DNA from: an uncultured delta proteobacterium
GTDB lineage: Bacteria > Myxococcota_A > Polyangia > Polyangiales > JAFGIB01
Direction: 5' to 3'
DNA: 64,000 bases
NCBI GenBank assembly: GCA_963778655.1
Contig: CAVZVA010000003.1
Span: 512,001-576,000 of the forward strand
Part shown: positions 30,785 through 42,019 of the stretch, one piece after another
Numbering within the stretch: position 1 is the stretch's first letter
How the letters are laid out: each line of letters opens with the position of its first letter
The notes under the pieces: model-generated
What the model was told of the DNA's origin: nothing
What the model saw: the letters and a program-made list of their open reading frames with translations, nothing else
Database searches by the model: none
Translations under genes and position numbers: made by a program

Positions 30785-31483
30785 ATGCGGCGCGACCACC
30801 CGGAAGCGGCAGAGCTCGTCGACGTGCGGCCGCTGCCCGCCGCCCCGGCGCAGGTGATCGCGGCGCTCGCCCCGCTTCTCAGCGCGCAGCGCCTCGCTCG
30901 CATCGAGGGCGCGGTGGCGCGTCGTACGCGCGCGGTGATCCCCGTGCTCGAGGCCGTCGACGATCCGCGCAACGTCGCCGCCGTGCTGCGCTCGGCCGAC
31001 GCGTTCGGCGTGCAGGAGCTGCAGCTGGTGGAGAGCGCGCAGCCGTTTCTGGCCGCGCGCCGCGTGACCCAGGGCGCCGAGCGCTGGCTCGACCTGGTGC
31101 GCCAACCGAGCCCGGAGGCCTGCGTCGCGGCGTTGCACGCCCGCGGCTTCCGGGTATATGTGGCGACGATGGCGGGCGAGCTGGCGCCGGAAGATCTGCG
31201 CCGCCTGGACAAGGTCGCGGTCGTGTTCGGCAACGAGCACGCGGGCGCCAGCGGGCGGATGGCCGCGCTCTGCGACGGTGCCTACACCATTCCGATGCAG
31301 GGACTGTCGCAGAGCCTGAACGTCTCGGTCGCCGCCGCGATCACGCTCTACGCCGCCACCCGCGGGCGCCAGGGGGACCTCTGCGCGCAGGAGCGCGAGC
31401 AGCTGCTGGCCCGCTTCCTGATGTCGTCGCTGCCGCGCGCCGAGCAGATCGTGGCCGAGCAGACGAAGCGGTGGGCGCGATGA
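30785..31483 (+). CDS. TrmH/SpoU-family RNA methyltransferase
   Basis: LEAVDDPRNVAAVLRSADAFG, VVFGNEHAG, IPMQGLSQSLNVSVAA. Confidence 0.92.
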   Translation: MRRDHPEAAELVDVRPLPAAPAQVIAALAPLLSAQRLARIEGAVARRTRAVIPVLEAVDDPRNVAAVLRSADAFGVQELQLVESAQPFLAARRVTQGAERWLDLVRQPSPEACVAALHARGFRVYVATMAGELAPEDLRRLDKVAVVFGNEHAGASGRMAALCDGAYTIPMQGLSQSLNVSVAAAITLYAATRGRQGDLCAQEREQLLARFLMSSLPRAEQIVAEQTKRWAR

Positions 31484-33864
31484 GCAAGCCGCGGGCGGAG
31501 CGCAAGAAGTCGGGCGCGCGCAAGAAGGGCAAGCGGGCGGGCTCCGGTGCAGGCCGGCGCACGCGCGGCTGGATCTGGCTCTCGCGCGCGCTGATCGCGC
31601 TGTTCTTCGCCGCCTCCGCGGGGCTGCTGGGGGTGGTCGGGCTGTTCTCGTACTACGGGCGCGATCTACCCAGCGTCGGCGCGCTGCGCCACTACGATCC
31701 GCCTCAGATCAGCCGTGTGCTCGATCGCAAGGGACGCGTGATCGCCGAGCTGTTCCAGGAGCGCCGCACGGTGGTGCCGATGACCAAGATCCCGCGCGTG
31801 CTGGTGCTGGCGGTGCTCGCGGCCGAGGACGCCGACTTCTATCGCCATCGCGGCCTGGACTATGCCGGCATCCTGCGCGCGCTCGGACGCGATCTGCTGA
31901 CCGGCAAGGCGATGCAGGGCGCCAGCACGATCACCCAGCAGATCGTCAAGAACGTGCTGCTCACCCCCGAGCGCACGCTCTCGCGCAAGGTCAAAGAGCT
32001 GATCCTGGCGCGCCGCCTGGAGCAGGAGCTGAGCAAGGACGAGATCCTGCACCTGTACCTGAACCACATCAACTTCGGCCATGGCCGTTACGGCGTGCAG
32101 GAAGCGGCGCGCTTCTACTTCGGCAAGGACGTCTCGCAGCTCGACCTGGCCGAGGCGAGCATGCTGGCGGGGCTGCCCCAGGCGCCGGGCAGGCTGGAGC
32201 CGTTGCGCCATCCGAAGGCGGCCAAGCAGCGCCAGAGCTACGTGCTCGACCAGCTGGCGAGCAAGCGCGCCCAGTATTGGAGCGACCTGTCGGCCGACGC
32301 GATTGAAAAGGCGCGTCACGAGCAGCTGGTGCTGGTCGGCCAGGACCGCACGAGCGACGCGGCGCCGGAGGTGGCGGCGCTGGCCACGCAAATGCTACAG
32401 GCCCAAGTGGGAGCCGCCGCGGTCAAGCACGGCGGCTTTCGCGTCGAGACCAGCATCGATCTCGACCTCGAGATCGCGGCGCGCGAGGCGCTGCACAAGG
32501 GCCTGCTGGCGATTGACGCGCGCGAGCACTTCGTGGGTCCGCTCAAGCCCAAGAAGGCGCGCCACAAGCGGGCCCGAGTGGACCGGCTCGCCGTAGGGCG
32601 CAGCTACGACGCGGTCGTGCGCTCGGACGACGACCGGCGCGGCCTGATCACGCTCGACATCGGCGGTCAGGCGGCGGTCGCCGAGCTCGCCGATCTCACC
32701 CGCTACAATCCCGACAAGCTGGCCGCGAGCGCGTTCGCACCGCCCGGCGCGCACGCGGTCGCGAGCATCGACGCGCTGGGCGAGCACGGCCGGCCGGCGC
32801 GGGCGCGGCTGCTGCTCGGCCCCGACGGCGCGGTGGTGGTGATCGACCCGCGCACCCGCGACGTGCTGGCGCTGGTGGGAGGCGAGAAGGCCGAGTACGG
32901 CTTCGATTGCGCGCTGCAGGCCGTGCGCCAGCCCGGCAGCGCGTTCAAGCCCATCACCTATGGGCTGGCGGTGGAAAGCGGCAAGTACACCCCGGCCACC
33001 CTCGTGCTCGACGCGCCCGAGGTGTTCGACAAGTGGAAGCCCGACAACTTCGAGACCTGGCGCTACGCGGGCGCGGTGCGACTGCGCCAGGCGGTGGCGC
33101 AGTCGATCAACCTGGTGGCGGTGCGGGTGATGAACGATCTGACGCCGCCCAAGGTGGTCGACTTCGCCAAGCAGCTCGGCATCGACACGCCGCTCGATCC
33201 TTCGCTCGCGCTCGCGCTGGGCGCCAGCGAGGTGCGGCCGATCGAGCTGGTCAACGCCTACGCGACCTTCGATGCCGGCGGGCGCTTCGCGCCCTATCGC
33301 ATCGTGCGCTCGATCAAAGACGCCAAGGGGCACAGCGTGCCGCTGCCCGCGCCCGAGCCCGAGCGCCAGGTGATGCGCCCGGCCAGCGCGTACGTGCTGA
33401 CCAGCATGCTGCAAAGCGTGGTCGAAGAAGGCACGGGCAAGGCCGCACGCAAGCTGCGTCGCCCCGCGGCGGGCAAGACCGGAACCAGCAATGACGCCCG
33501 CGATACCTGGTTCGTCGGCTACACGCCCGAGGTGGCCGCCGGGGTCTGGGTCGGCTTCGACGATCACCGCCCTCTGGGACGGGGCGAGAGCGGCGCCAAG
33601 GCGGCGCTGCCGATCTGGATCGACGTGATGCGGGCCGCGCTCGGCGATCGGCCCGCCGTGCAGTTCCCGGTTCCCGAGGGGATCGAGCGCGCGCAGATCG
33701 ACCCCAAGACCGGGCTGCGCGCCTACGACGGGATGCAAGGCGCGCTCGAGGAGGTCTTCGTGGAGGGCACCGCGCCCACCGAGACGGCGACCCCGCCCGA
33801 CACCCTCAACAGCAGCAGCTTCGTGATGGAGCAGCTCGGCGGCCTGGCCGCACCCCAGCCCTAG
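31480..33864 (+). CDS. Class A penicillin-binding protein (PBP1A)
   Basis: EDADFYRHRG, QGASTITQQ, RKVKE, RQPGSAFKP (SxxK), QSIN, GKTGTSN. Confidence 0.95.
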   Translation: MSKPRAERKKSGARKKGKRAGSGAGRRTRGWIWLSRALIALFFAASAGLLGVVGLFSYYGRDLPSVGALRHYDPPQISRVLDRKGRVIAELFQERRTVVPMTKIPRVLVLAVLAAEDADFYRHRGLDYAGILRALGRDLLTGKAMQGASTITQQIVKNVLLTPERTLSRKVKELILARRLEQELSKDEILHLYLNHINFGHGRYGVQEAARFYFGKDVSQLDLAEASMLAGLPQAPGRLEPLRHPKAAKQRQSYVLDQLASKRAQYWSDLSADAIEKARHEQLVLVGQDRTSDAAPEVAALATQMLQAQVGAAAVKHGGFRVETSIDLDLEIAAREALHKGLLAIDAREHFVGPLKPKKARHKRARVDRLAVGRSYDAVVRSDDDRRGLITLDIGGQAAVAELADLTRYNPDKLAASAFAPPGAHAVASIDALGEHGRPARARLLLGPDGAVVVIDPRTRDVLALVGGEKAEYGFDCALQAVRQPGSAFKPITYGLAVESGKYTPATLVLDAPEVFDKWKPDNFETWRYAGAVRLRQAVAQSINLVAVRVMNDLTPPKVVDFAKQLGIDTPLDPSLALALGASEVRPIELVNAYATFDAGGRFAPYRIVRSIKDAKGHSVPLPAPEPERQVMRPASAYVLTSMLQSVVEEGTGKAARKLRRPAAGKTGTSNDARDTWFVGYTPEVAAGVWVGFDDHRPLGRGESGAKAALPIWIDVMRAALGDRPAVQFPVPEGIERAQIDPKTGLRAYDGMQGALEEVFVEGTAPTETATPPDTLNSSSFVMEQLGGLAAPQP

Positions 33865-33888
33865 AGCGCATCCAGATGCGCTCTAGGG
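33859..33888. repeat. Perfect 14-bp inverted repeat
   Basis: CCCTAGAGCGCATC-ca-GATGCGCTCTAGGG, overlapping the PBP stop codon. Confidence 0.8.
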
Positions 33889-33898
33889 GCTTGTAACC

Positions 33899-34029
33899 GG
33901 GAGGGGCACCCGCCCCTCCCGCCCCACCGGCCAAGCCGTTGGGGCCCCATCCTCCCGCGCGGCTCGCTTCACTTCGGCGCGCTCCCTCGCGTTCGGCTTG
34001 CTCTTGCGTCGGGGCACCCGCCCCTGCCG
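33899..34029 (+). repeat. Structured intergenic repeat, family B copy 1
   Basis: Hairpins plus TGGGGCCCCA, GCGCTCCC and CCCCTGCCG, in the same order as the reverse complement of 59622-59733. Confidence 0.6.
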
Positions 34030-34031
34030 AG

Positions 34032-34373
34032 TCATCGGACGTCGAGCTGGCCGGCGGCTTGCTCGAGTAGGGGCACCAGCTCGGGGTCTGGATCCTCGAA
34101 CGCCACCGCCATGCGGTAGGGCCACATGCCGTCTGGATCCTCGGCGTTTTGCTCGATGCGGACCACGCTGCCTCGCAGCATGCGCTCGCCGCCGTGCGCG
34201 GCCGGCAGCGTGAAGCGCAGCTGCACCTCCGCGCCGACCTCCAGACGCGCGCTCAGCGCGATCAACATGCCCGAAGCGCTGACGTTGTGGTTGACCGCCA
34301 TGCCGTCGAGGCCGGAGCCGGTGACCCGCACCGGGAACCAGAGTTGGTAGCGTCCGTAGCGGCGCCGCTGCAC
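34032..34373 (-). CDS. PilZ-domain protein
   Basis: RRYGR (RxxxR) and NVSASG (D/NxSxxG). Confidence 0.8.
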   Translation of the reverse strand: MQRRRYGRYQLWFPVRVTGSGLDGMAVNHNVSASGMLIALSARLEVGAEVQLRFTLPAAHGGERMLRGSVVRIEQNAEDPDGMWPYRMAVAFEDPDPELVPLLEQAAGQLDVR

Positions 34374-34442
34374 GATCCCAGCGTACCCGCGCGCGCGCGC
34401 CCGGACAACGGTGGACGGTTGAGGTAGGCTGGGCCTCGGCGC

Positions 34443-34690
34443 GTGGATCGAACGCCGCACGAGGGCGCATCGCAGGAGGACGCCGGCAGCGATGTGCCCG
34501 GCGCGTGCTGGCGCTGGCTGCAGCAGGAGGGTGCCGCGCACGACGTGGTGCAATGGGCGCAAGCGTGCGGCAGCGACTTCGAACGGCCGTGGCGCGAGTG
34601 CCCGCGCGGGGACTGGCCGCTCGCGATCGCGGCTCGGCGCGGAGGCGGCGCTGCCGGTACTGGCAGCGAGCCGTTGCGCGCGGCCAGCGA
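34443..34690 (+). pseudogene. Truncated hypothetical gene
   Basis: Protein-like WLQQEGAAHDVVQWA...W.ECPRGDWPLAIAAR, then runs into the convergent gene without its own 3' part. Confidence 0.35.
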
Positions 34691-34699
34691 GGCTGCGCC

Positions 34700-35278
34700 T
34701 CAGGGCGCGGGGCCGGCCATGCTCGCGATCTTGGCGCGGCGTTCAGACAGCCGGCGAGCCAAGCGGGCGCGCGGGTCGCGCGTGGGGTCGCTGACGCCCC
34801 AGCGCACCATCTGGCCGAGGGCCCGCTCGTGCTGCTCCAGCGCGACCAGCGCACCCGGCGTGCAGGCGTGCGCCGAGAGCGGGTCGTCGGCCTGGGGCAG
34901 CGCGTCCGGGCTGCCCAGGGCGCGCTGGCAGCGCGCGCGCGCGACCTCCGCGGTGGCGAGCGCGTCGTCGAGCCTGCCCACGGCTTCGTAGGCCTGGGCC
35001 AGCCGGTGGGTCAGGATCGGGTCCACGACCAGCGCCGGTGAGGCCGCACGCACCACACCGATCGCGAGCGCCGGCGCGTCCATGCGCAGGTATTCGGCCG
35101 CCAAGCGGCGAGCCAGCCCGAGGTTGTCGTGAGCGCGCGCAAACGCATCCTCCAGGGCGCAGAGCTCGCGCGTGGAGGCTGTACCGGGCTCGAGCGCTGC
35201 GGCCGGCTCGCGGGCGGCGAGACTCCAGGCGATGCCTCCGAGCAGCACCAGCAACGCCAGGCAGAGCCGAATCTCCAT
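34700..35278 (-). CDS. Hypothetical exported protein with TPR-like helices
   Basis: Signal peptide; HRLAQAYEAVGRLDDALATA. Confidence 0.7.
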   Translation of the reverse strand: MEIRLCLALLVLLGGIAWSLAAREPAAALEPGTASTRELCALEDAFARAHDNLGLARRLAAEYLRMDAPALAIGVVRAASPALVVDPILTHRLAQAYEAVGRLDDALATAEVARARCQRALGSPDALPQADDPLSAHACTPGALVALEQHERALGQMVRWGVSDPTRDPRARLARRLSERRAKIASMAGPAP

Positions 35279-35392
35279 CCTATCCGTTCCTTGCCGTATC
35301 TGACCGCGGGGTGCACACGCGCGCAGACGGCGAGGGCCCGCGGTTGCTCAGCATACACGGTTGGACGCCAAACGGGCAGCAGAGTTCGCAGC

Positions 35393-36664
35393 CTAGCCGC
35401 GCGTCGCGCTCGACAGCCCGCGGGTGCGCCGCTCCCGGCGCGGCGCCGATTTGGCGGCGTGGCGGCCGTTGCTGGCCGCGCTCTTGGCCGCGCTCTTCTT
35501 GGGCAGCAGCGCGTCGGCCAGCTCGGCCGCTCGATCGGTCCGCTCCCAGGTGAAGCTCTTCTCGCTGCGGCCAAAGTGCCCGTACGCGGCGGTGGCCGCA
35601 TAGATCGGCCGGCGGAGATTGAGCGTCTCGATCAGCGCCGCGGGCCGGAAGTCGAACAACTCGGTCACCACCTTGGCGATCTTGTGCTCGTCGACCACGC
35701 CGGTGCCGAAGGTCGTGACGTACACGCCCATCGGCTTGGCCACGCCGATGGCGTAGGCGACCTGGACCTCGCAGCGGCGCGCGAGCTTGGCGGCGACCAC
35801 GTTCTTGGCGACGTAACGCGCGAAGTAGGACGCGCTGCGGTCGACCTTGGTCGGATCCTTGCCGCTGAAGGCGCCGCCGCCGTGACGGCCCATGCCGCCG
35901 TAGGTGTCGACGATGATCTTGCGCCCGGTCAGACCGCAGTCCCCGTACGGCCCGCCCACCACGAAGCGTCCGGTGGGATTGACCCAGTACTTGGTCTTGG
36001 CGTCGAGCAGCTGCTTGGGCAACACCGGCTTGATCACCTGCTCGATCACGGCTTCGTGGATCTGCTTGTGCTTGACCTCGGGGCTGTGCTGGGTCGAGAG
36101 CACCACCGCGTCGATGCGCGCCGGCCGGCCGGCCGGGTCATACTCGACCGTGACCTGACTCTTGGCGTCGGGACGCAACCACGGCAGCACACCCTGCTTG
36201 CGCAGAGTTGCCTGTTGCTTGACCAGCTTGTGAGCGAGCATGATCGGCATCGGCATCAGCTCGCGTGTCTCGTCGACGGCGAAGCCGAACATCAGACCCT
36301 GGTCGCCCGCGCCCTGATCCTTGTGCAGACCCTGACCCGCGGTCACCCCCTGGGAGATGTCGGAAGATTGCTGCTCGACCGCGGTGAGCACGGCGCAGGT
36401 GTCCGCGTCGAAGCCCATCGACGAGTCGGTGTAGCCGATCTCGCGCACCACGTTGCGCACCAGGCGCGGGTAGTCGATCGCCGAGCGGGTCGTGATCTCA
36501 CCGGCCACGATGGCGTAACCGGTCTTGACCATCGTCTCGCAGGCGACGCGGGCATGGGGGTCGTCGGACAGCGCGGCGTCGAGCACCGCATCCGAGATCG
36601 CATCGCAGACCTTGTCCGGATGGCCCTCGGATACCGATTCCGACGAAAACAGGTAACCAGCCAT
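35393..36664 (-). CDS. metK: S-adenosylmethionine synthetase
   Basis: [46 protein letters not shown]. Confidence 0.98.
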   Translation of the reverse strand: MAGYLFSSESVSEGHPDKVCDAISDAVLDAALSDDPHARVACETMVKTGYAIVAGEITTRSAIDYPRLVRNVVREIGYTDSSMGFDADTCAVLTAVEQQSSDISQGVTAGQGLHKDQGAGDQGLMFGFAVDETRELMPMPIMLAHKLVKQQATLRKQGVLPWLRPDAKSQVTVEYDPAGRPARIDAVVLSTQHSPEVKHKQIHEAVIEQVIKPVLPKQLLDAKTKYWVNPTGRFVVGGPYGDCGLTGRKIIVDTYGGMGRHGGGAFSGKDPTKVDRSASYFARYVAKNVVAAKLARRCEVQVAYAIGVAKPMGVYVTTFGTGVVDEHKIAKVVTELFDFRPAALIETLNLRRPIYAATAAYGHFGRSEKSFTWERTDRAAELADALLPKKSAAKSAASNGRHAAKSAPRRERRTRGLSSATRG

Positions 36665-36711
36665 GGATCTCCTCACGGGCGCCCAGCGCCCCGAACGCGC
36701 CAAGTCCACCG

Positions 36712-36740
36712 CTTGTAGACGGCGCCCGGCATGCTGTCAA
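36712..36740 (-). promoter_or_regulatory. Sigma70-type promoter of metK
   Basis: Minus strand TTGACA-17bp-TACAAG. Confidence 0.6.
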
Positions 36741-36770
36741 CGCGCGGCTTGCCGGCGCTTACCGCCGCCG

Positions 36771-38395
<1,625 letters not shown>

Positions 38396-38571
38396 CGCTG
38401 CCAACCGTAGCGCGGACGCCCTGCAGCGTGTAGGAGAGTTGGGGCCGGTGTGGCCCCGGCCGGCGCGGCCGCGGGAATAAACCGGCCCCGCCGCACGGTC
38501 TTCTGGGCTGGCGCAGGCCGGCTCCCGTCCGGATTTGGCAGGGATCGGCGGCCGTCGCTACACTGGGATCG

Positions 38572-39213
38572 ATGCAAGTGTGCCGCGGGTTGCTGTTGTG
38601 CCTGGCGCTGAGCGCGCTGCCGCGCGTGGCTGCGGCCGACATCTACCGCTTCGTCGACCACGACGGGGTCGAGCACTATACGAACATTCAGCCGAGCGGC
38701 CGCGGCTGGCAGATCATCGCGCACACGCGCCCGGCGCGGGGAGCCCGGGCCGGCGCGCGCCGCGCCAGCGTGGCGCCGCCCGATCCCGAACGGCTGCGCC
38801 GCTACGACGTGCACATCAGGGAGGCGGCCGCGCTCTACGTGCTGCCTGAAGAGTTCCTGCGCGCGGTGATGGAGGTGGAGAGCAACTTCTACGCGGGGGC
38901 GGTCTCCAGCAAGGGCGCGATCGGGCTGATGCAGCTGATGCCGGAGACGGCTTCCCAGATGGGCGTGCTCGATCCCTTCGATCCGCGCCAGAACGTGCTC
39001 GGCGGCGCGCGCTTCCTGCGCGTGCTGGCCAACCGCTTCGGCGGCGACCTGGTGCTGACGATCGCGGCCTACAACGCCGGCTCGGGCGCGGTCGAGAGGT
39101 ACGGCGGCATCCCGCCCTACACCGAGACCCGCATGTACGTGCAGCGCGTGCTCACGCGCTACTACGCGTATCGCGCCAGCTCCTCGCAGCAGAACGCGCT
39201 CGCGCGGCGCTGA
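38572..39213 (+). CDS. Lytic transglycosylase (SLT) with N-terminal DUF4124
   Basis: DIYRFVDHDGVEHYTN, VESNF, GAIGLMQLMP, AAYNAG, PPYTETRMYV. Confidence 0.92.
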   Translation: MQVCRGLLLCLALSALPRVAAADIYRFVDHDGVEHYTNIQPSGRGWQIIAHTRPARGARAGARRASVAPPDPERLRRYDVHIREAAALYVLPEEFLRAVMEVESNFYAGAVSSKGAIGLMQLMPETASQMGVLDPFDPRQNVLGGARFLRVLANRFGGDLVLTIAAYNAGSGAVERYGGIPPYTETRMYVQRVLTRYYAYRASSSQQNALARR

Positions 39214-39236
39214 GCGGGCGGGCGGGCGGGCGGGCG
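39214..39236 (+). repeat. (GCGG)5 tandem repeat / G-quadruplex motif
   Basis: gcgggcgggcgggcgggcgggcg between convergent stop codons. Confidence 0.8.
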
Positions 39237-39243
39237 CAGGCGC

Positions 39244-39516
39244 TCACTTGTTCCACCAGCCGGTCAACCCCGAGCTGCCCATGATCAGCACCAGGAACAA
39301 CACACCGACCAGCGCCGAGCCCCAGGATTCGACCTCGCCGTGGCCCACCAGCGCCACGCCGACCCCGAGCACGCTCGTGATCAGCAGGCAGCCGCAGCCC
39401 TTGGCAAACGCGCCGGCGTAGGAGCGCGCTGGCTCGACCGCGGTCTCGTCCGGCGGCGCCGGTGCGGCCGGCTCAGTCGGGCTGGAAGAGGACTTGCTGG
39501 GTGGGATCCGTGTCAT
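39244..39516 (-). CDS. Small two-TM hypothetical protein
   Basis: 90-aa ORF with two hydrophobic segments; overlaps the upstream gene by 44 nt. Confidence 0.5.
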   Translation of the reverse strand: MTRIPPSKSSSSPTEPAAPAPPDETAVEPARSYAGAFAKGCGCLLITSVLGVGVALVGHGEVESWGSALVGVLFLVLIMGSSGLTGWWNK

Positions 39517-40780
39517 AGAAACGGCTGTTCCGGTCGAAGGTGATCGCGCCGAACAGATTGACCGCCAACGCCCACGGCAACAGCCCGCGAAAGCCGAGCC
39601 CGAAACGGCGGCCGCCCAGCGCGAGCAGGGCGAATAAGGGGATCATGTAGTCCAGGCCGAAGCGGTAACCGAACTGAACCCAGCCGCTGTTCTGGTACAA
39701 GAGGTCCAACAGCGCGACCGCGCCCGCGCCCAGCATCAGCGCCGTCATCGCGGGCGAGCTGCGTTTGGGCCACAGCACCAGCAGCAGCTGGGGCGTGGTC
39801 ACCCACAGCGCGAGCCCGTGGCGACTGATCTTCAGGTACGGCGGCAGCGCCGACAGCCACGGCAAGGCGGTGAGCATCACCGCGAGGTTCTTCGCCAGGT
39901 AGTGGTAGTTGAACAGGCCCCAGGTATCGATGCGCGGCCGCCAGCGGATGATCAGGTAGCTGTGGCCGAACTCGAAGGGGTCGTCGAAGCGCGCGTAGTT
40001 CATCCACATCGCGACGCCCAGCGTGATCACCAGCGGCAGCGCGAACCAGGCGAGCGGACGGACCAGCAGCGCCGGCCGCAGCCCGCGGTGAAGCTCGCGC
40101 AGGCGTGCGGGAGCCGGCACCTCGGCGGGTCGCGCCGCGACCGCGGCCTGCAGCACGAAGAACACGCCCAGCAGCAGCGTGCTCGGCCGCGTCATGAAGG
40201 CGAGCGCCAGCGCCGCGCCGGCCAGCAGCGGCCTGCGCGCGTCGAACGACCACAGCAGGTACAGCGCGATCAGCGGGCAGGCCACCACGTGCGCTGCGAA
40301 CCAGACGGTGCCCTGCACGGCCGTGTAGTAATAGGGACTGCCGAAGGCGAACAGCCCGACCAGCAGCAGATCCTCGCCGCGGTTGCGCTCGGTGTGACCG
40401 CGCTCGCGCAGCCGGCGCAGCAGCACGTACAGTAGGGCCGGGGCCAGGCCCGCAAGCACCGCCCAGAACAGGCGGTCCCACGCGGCGGTGCCGAACAGCG
40501 CCACCAGCGGGGCGATCACCAGTGCGGGAAACGGCGGGAAGGAGACGTACCAGTGGCCATGGTACTGCGCCCAGTCGTTGTCACCCGGCGGGCGGTTGCC
40601 GAGCAACGCGAGCTTGCCGTGGAGCAAGCTCTGGGCGAGGTACACGAAGTGCGCGTTGTCGGAGGTGCCGGTGATGCGCGATCCGAGCGTGGCCACGTAG
40701 ACCGCGGCGCACGCGGCGAAGATGGCGCTGGGCAACGCCGCGCGGCGACGGAGGCTCGGGGCCGGCATCGCCGCGAGCAT
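39473..40780 (-). CDS. Polytopic membrane protein, probable GT-C-fold glycosyltransferase
   Basis: HFVYLAQSLLHGKL, YVSFPPFPAL, TRPS, NYARFDDPFEFGH, GWVQFGYRFGLD; many TM helices. Confidence 0.7.
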   Translation of the reverse strand: MLAAMPAPSLRRRAALPSAIFAACAAVYVATLGSRITGTSDNAHFVYLAQSLLHGKLALLGNRPPGDNDWAQYHGHWYVSFPPFPALVIAPLVALFGTAAWDRLFWAVLAGLAPALLYVLLRRLRERGHTERNRGEDLLLVGLFAFGSPYYYTAVQGTVWFAAHVVACPLIALYLLWSFDARRPLLAGAALALAFMTRPSTLLLGVFFVLQAAVAARPAEVPAPARLRELHRGLRPALLVRPLAWFALPLVITLGVAMWMNYARFDDPFEFGHSYLIIRWRPRIDTWGLFNYHYLAKNLAVMLTALPWLSALPPYLKISRHGLALWVTTPQLLLVLWPKRSSPAMTALMLGAGAVALLDLLYQNSGWVQFGYRFGLDYMIPLFALLALGGRRFGLGFRGLLPWALAVNLFGAITFDRNSRFYDTDPTQQVLFQPD

Positions 40781-40905
40781 ACCCGGCGCCCGCAGCGACA
40801 CAACCGCGGCGCGGACGCGCGAGGCGCTGCGGCCACAGGCGCCGCGCCCGGCCCGGCGCTTGACGCCAGAGCGGCGGGGTCCTACATCAGCCGCCGGATC
40901 GCAGC

Positions 40906-42015
40906 ATGGCCGCACCGAGCATCGAGCAAGTCCGCGAGCAACTCGCGAGCGTCGAGCATCCGTTGTTCGAAAAGCCGCTGCTCGAGCTCGGGCTGCTTCA
41001 CGGGCTGCAGCTCGAGGGCTCGCGGCTCGCGCTGCGCGCGACGCTGCACGCGGCCTCGGAGCCCCTCAAAGAGGAGCTGCGCGCGCGGATCGAGCAGGCC
41101 CTGCGCCCGCTCGGCCTGGAGCAGGTGGCGATCGAGTGGGAGGTGGAGGTGCCGATCCGCCCGCTTGGCGCCGACGACCCCGTGCCGGACGTGAAGAACG
41201 TGGTGCTGGTGATGAGCGGCAAGGGCGGAGTCGGCAAGAGCACGGTCGCGGTCAACCTGGCGCTGGCGCTCAGCCGCGCCGGCGCCCGCGTCGGGTTGCT
41301 GGACGCCGACATCTACGGGCCGTCGATTCCGACCATGTTGGGCGTGTCCGGGCACCCGCACTCCGAGGACGGTAAGACGATCGAGCCGCTGCAGCGCTTT
41401 GGCGTCAAGCTGATGAGCATCGGCTTCATGATCGAGAGCGACAAGGACGCGGTGATCTGGCGCGGGCCGATGCTGCAAAGCGCGCTGATGCAGTTCCTGG
41501 GCGACGTGCGCTGGGGCGCGCTCGACTACTTGGTGCTGGACCTGCCGCCAGGCACCGGCGACGTCGCGCTCTCGCTGGCCCAGCGGCTCAAGACCACCGG
41601 CGCGGTGATCGTCACCACGCCGCAGGAGATCGCGTTGCAGGACGTCTACAAGGCGGTTTCGATGTGCAAAAAGCTCAACATCCCGATCCTGGGCGTGGTC
41701 GAGAACATGAGCTTCTTCGTCGACTCGGCCGGCGTGCGCCACGAGCTGTTCGGCGCGGGCGGCGGGCAGAAGATCGCCGACTATGCGCATGCGCCGCTGC
41801 TGGGACAGATCCCGCTGCACCCGGGCGTGCGCGAGCACGGCGACGCCGGCACGCCGGTGGTGCAGGCCGCGCCCGAGCACGAGGCCAGCAAGGCGCTGAC
41901 GGCGGTGGCCGAGCTGCTGGCCGAGCGCATCGCGCTCGACAGCTTCGTGCGCGGCGGCGGGCAGCACGCGCCCGACAGCAAGGGCCCGCGCCGGCTGCGC
42001 ATCATGCGCGGCTGA
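40906..42015 (+). CDS. mrp: Mrp/ApbC/NBP35 Fe-S cluster carrier ATPase
   Basis: SGKGGVGKST, LDADIYGPS, IWRGPM, DLPPGTGD, VTTPQ, GVVENMS. Confidence 0.93.
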   Translation: MAAPSIEQVREQLASVEHPLFEKPLLELGLLHGLQLEGSRLALRATLHAASEPLKEELRARIEQALRPLGLEQVAIEWEVEVPIRPLGADDPVPDVKNVVLVMSGKGGVGKSTVAVNLALALSRAGARVGLLDADIYGPSIPTMLGVSGHPHSEDGKTIEPLQRFGVKLMSIGFMIESDKDAVIWRGPMLQSALMQFLGDVRWGALDYLVLDLPPGTGDVALSLAQRLKTTGAVIVTTPQEIALQDVYKAVSMCKKLNIPILGVVENMSFFVDSAGVRHELFGAGGGQKIADYAHAPLLGQIPLHPGVREHGDAGTPVVQAAPEHEASKALTAVAELLAERIALDSFVRGGGQHAPDSKGPRRLRIMRG

Positions 42016-42019
42016 GCCT

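Noticed and set aside
36665..36770. SAM riboswitch upstream of metK
   Set aside because: The leader after the predicted promoter is only about 40 nt and lacks SAM-I/II core motifs.
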